DNA of 17,140 bases from an archaeon. Its GTDB lineage: Archaea > Iainarchaeota > Iainarchaeia > Iainarchaeales > JAAZKV01. Shown here piece by piece: positions 15,842 to 17,140 of the stretch. The stretch spans positions 16,377-33,516 of the forward strand of contig JAVHOV010000026.1 of assembly GCA_036170245.1 (NCBI GenBank), read 5' to 3'. A program made the translations under genes and the position numbers. The notes beneath the pieces were generated by a model, which was not told the origin of the DNA, did not search any database, and worked only from the letters and a program-made list of their open reading frames with translations. Positions within the stretch are counted from its first letter, which is position 1; every line of letters starts with the position of its first letter.

Positions 15842-17140
15842 TCAAGGATTCCTGAAATTATTTCCAACAAACTTAGCTTTTGCGCCAAGCTCTTCCTCTA
15901 TTCGAAGCAACTGATTATACTTAGCTAATCTTTCACTTCTGCAAGGAGCACCAGTTTTTATTTCGCCGGTTCTAAGTCCAACTACAAGATCAGCAATGAA
16001 ACTGTCTTCTGTTTCTCCGCTTCTGTGTGAAACCATAACTCCCCACCCAGCAGACTGAGACATTTTGCAAGCATTGATTGATTCAGTGATTGAACCAATT
16101 TGGTTTACTTTCAATAAAAGTGCATTAACTGCTTTCTTTTTGATTCCTTCTTTTATTCTTTTAACATTTGTAACTAACAAATCGTCTCCAACAATTTGAA
16201 CTTTGTCTCCGATTAATTTAGTTAATTTTGCGTAAGAATCCCAGTCGTCTTGATCAAACGGATCTTCAATTGAAGCAATATCATACTTATTTGCAAGTTC
16301 AGCATAATATTTTATCATTTCATCTCCGCTTTTCCAAGTAGCTTCTTTGCTCTTGAAAGTTAAATTATATGCTTTTTTATCAGCATCAAAAAACTCTGAA
16401 GCAGCTACATCCATTCCAATTCGAACTTTTCCTTGGTAACCTGCTTTTTCAATTGCAATAGTCAGTAAATCAAGTGCTTCATGTGCATCCTTAACATTAG
16501 GAGCAAATCCACCTTCATCTCCCGCATTAATTGCATTTTGTCCGTACTTCTCTTTTATTATTCCTCTTAAAGTATGGAAAACTTCCGTACCATATCTTAA
16601 ACTTTCAGAAAAATTTGGTGCATCAACGGATAGTAACATAAATTCCTGCATTGCAAGTTCGTTGCCTGCATGCTTCCCTCCATTAATTACATTAAAACTT
16701 GGCACAGGCAAAAGTACATCTTTTACTCCTGCAAGGTCAGCAATGTGCTGATAAAGTGCAACGCCCTTACTTTCAGCTCCGGCTTTGCATACAGCCATTG
16801 AAACTGCCAAAATTGCGTTAGCCCCAAACTTTGATTTATTTTCAGTTCCGTCAGCGAAAATCATTTTTTCATCAATCTTAACTTGCTCTGTTGGATCCAT
16901 TCCTAAAACTAAAGGAGCAATATATTTGTTTACATTCTCAACTGCTTTTAGCACTCCTTTTCCCATATATCTTTTCTTATCTCCATCTCTAAGTTCTAAA
17001 GCTTCATAAATTCCAGTACTTGCTCCACTTGGAACAGATGCTCTAAATAATCCTTTTTCAGTTATTACATCACATTCAACAGTTGGATTTCCTCTTGAAT
17101 CCAATATTTCTCTTGCTTTTACATTTAGTATCTTTGACAT
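15842..17140 (-). CDS. eno: Enolase (phosphopyruvate hydratase), eukaryote-like sequence type
   Basis: 'DSRGNPTVE', 'VPSGASTG', 'GDEGGFAP', 'DVAASEF', 'VGDDL', '[10 protein letters not shown]', 'SHRSGETED', '[16 protein letters not shown]'. Confidence 0.99.
   Translation of the reverse strand: MSKILNVKAREILDSRGNPTVECDVITEKGLFRASVPSGASTGIYEALELRDGDKKRYMGKGVLKAVENVNKYIAPLVLGMDPTEQVKIDEKMIFADGTENKSKFGANAILAVSMAVCKAGAESKGVALYQHIADLAGVKDVLLPVPSFNVINGGKHAGNELAMQEFMLLSVDAPNFSESLRYGTEVFHTLRGIIKEKYGQNAINAGDEGGFAPNVKDAHEALDLLTIAIEKAGYQGKVRIGMDVAASEFFDADKKAYNLTFKSKEATWKSGDEMIKYYAELANKYDIASIEDPFDQDDWDSYAKLTKLIGDKVQIVGDDLLVTNVKRIKEGIKKKAVNALLLKVNQIGSITESINACKMSQSAGWGVMVSHRSGETEDSFIADLVVGLRTGEIKTGAPCRSERLAKYNQLLRIEEELGAKAKFVGNNFRNP

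Noticed and set aside
5983..17009. Plus-strand shadow ORFs (5983, 6039, 6499, 6897, 9545, 11214, 12964, 13919, 15401, 16785)
   Set aside because: Mostly Phe/Ser/Leu-rich antisense translations of well-supported minus-strand genes; 9545-9787 overlaps rpl41e.
5888..17140. Alternative genetic code linked to the altered decoding centre
   Set aside because: Conserved proteins translate full length under code 11, and TGA ends enolase and the GT4 gene at expected positions.

Overview
AT-rich archaeal window, DPANN-like (possibly Iainarchaeota/Diapherotrites; lineage is a low-confidence inference). The left third is a minus-strand rRNA operon: 16S, tRNA-Ala(UGC), and 23S whose 3' end runs off the window. 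It is followed by a type II toxin-antitoxin cluster (HicB-like fusion, RHH antitoxin, RelE-like toxin) and a divergent trio of GT4 glycosyltransferase, YvoF-like O-acetyltransferase and UbiA-family prenyltransferase. Then come two small genes absent from the ORF track (ribosomal protein eL41 and a 47-aa ORF), pyrG, an ABC exporter frameshifted in Walker A, bacterial-type gpmI, a basic orphan and enolase. Three signals stand out. (1) The ribosome's near-invariant centres are heavily substituted, often as covarying pairs: PTC G2447A/A2448G/C2452U/A2503C/U2504C/G2576U/U2586A, A-loop U2552G/C2556U, and decoding site G1405A-C1496U and C1054U, while the catalytic invariants are kept. (2) The trio is a candidate ether-lipid tailoring module. 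(3) The enolase looks strikingly eukaryote-type. rRNA positions use E. coli numbering from a by-eye alignment to remembered reference sequences; no searches were run.
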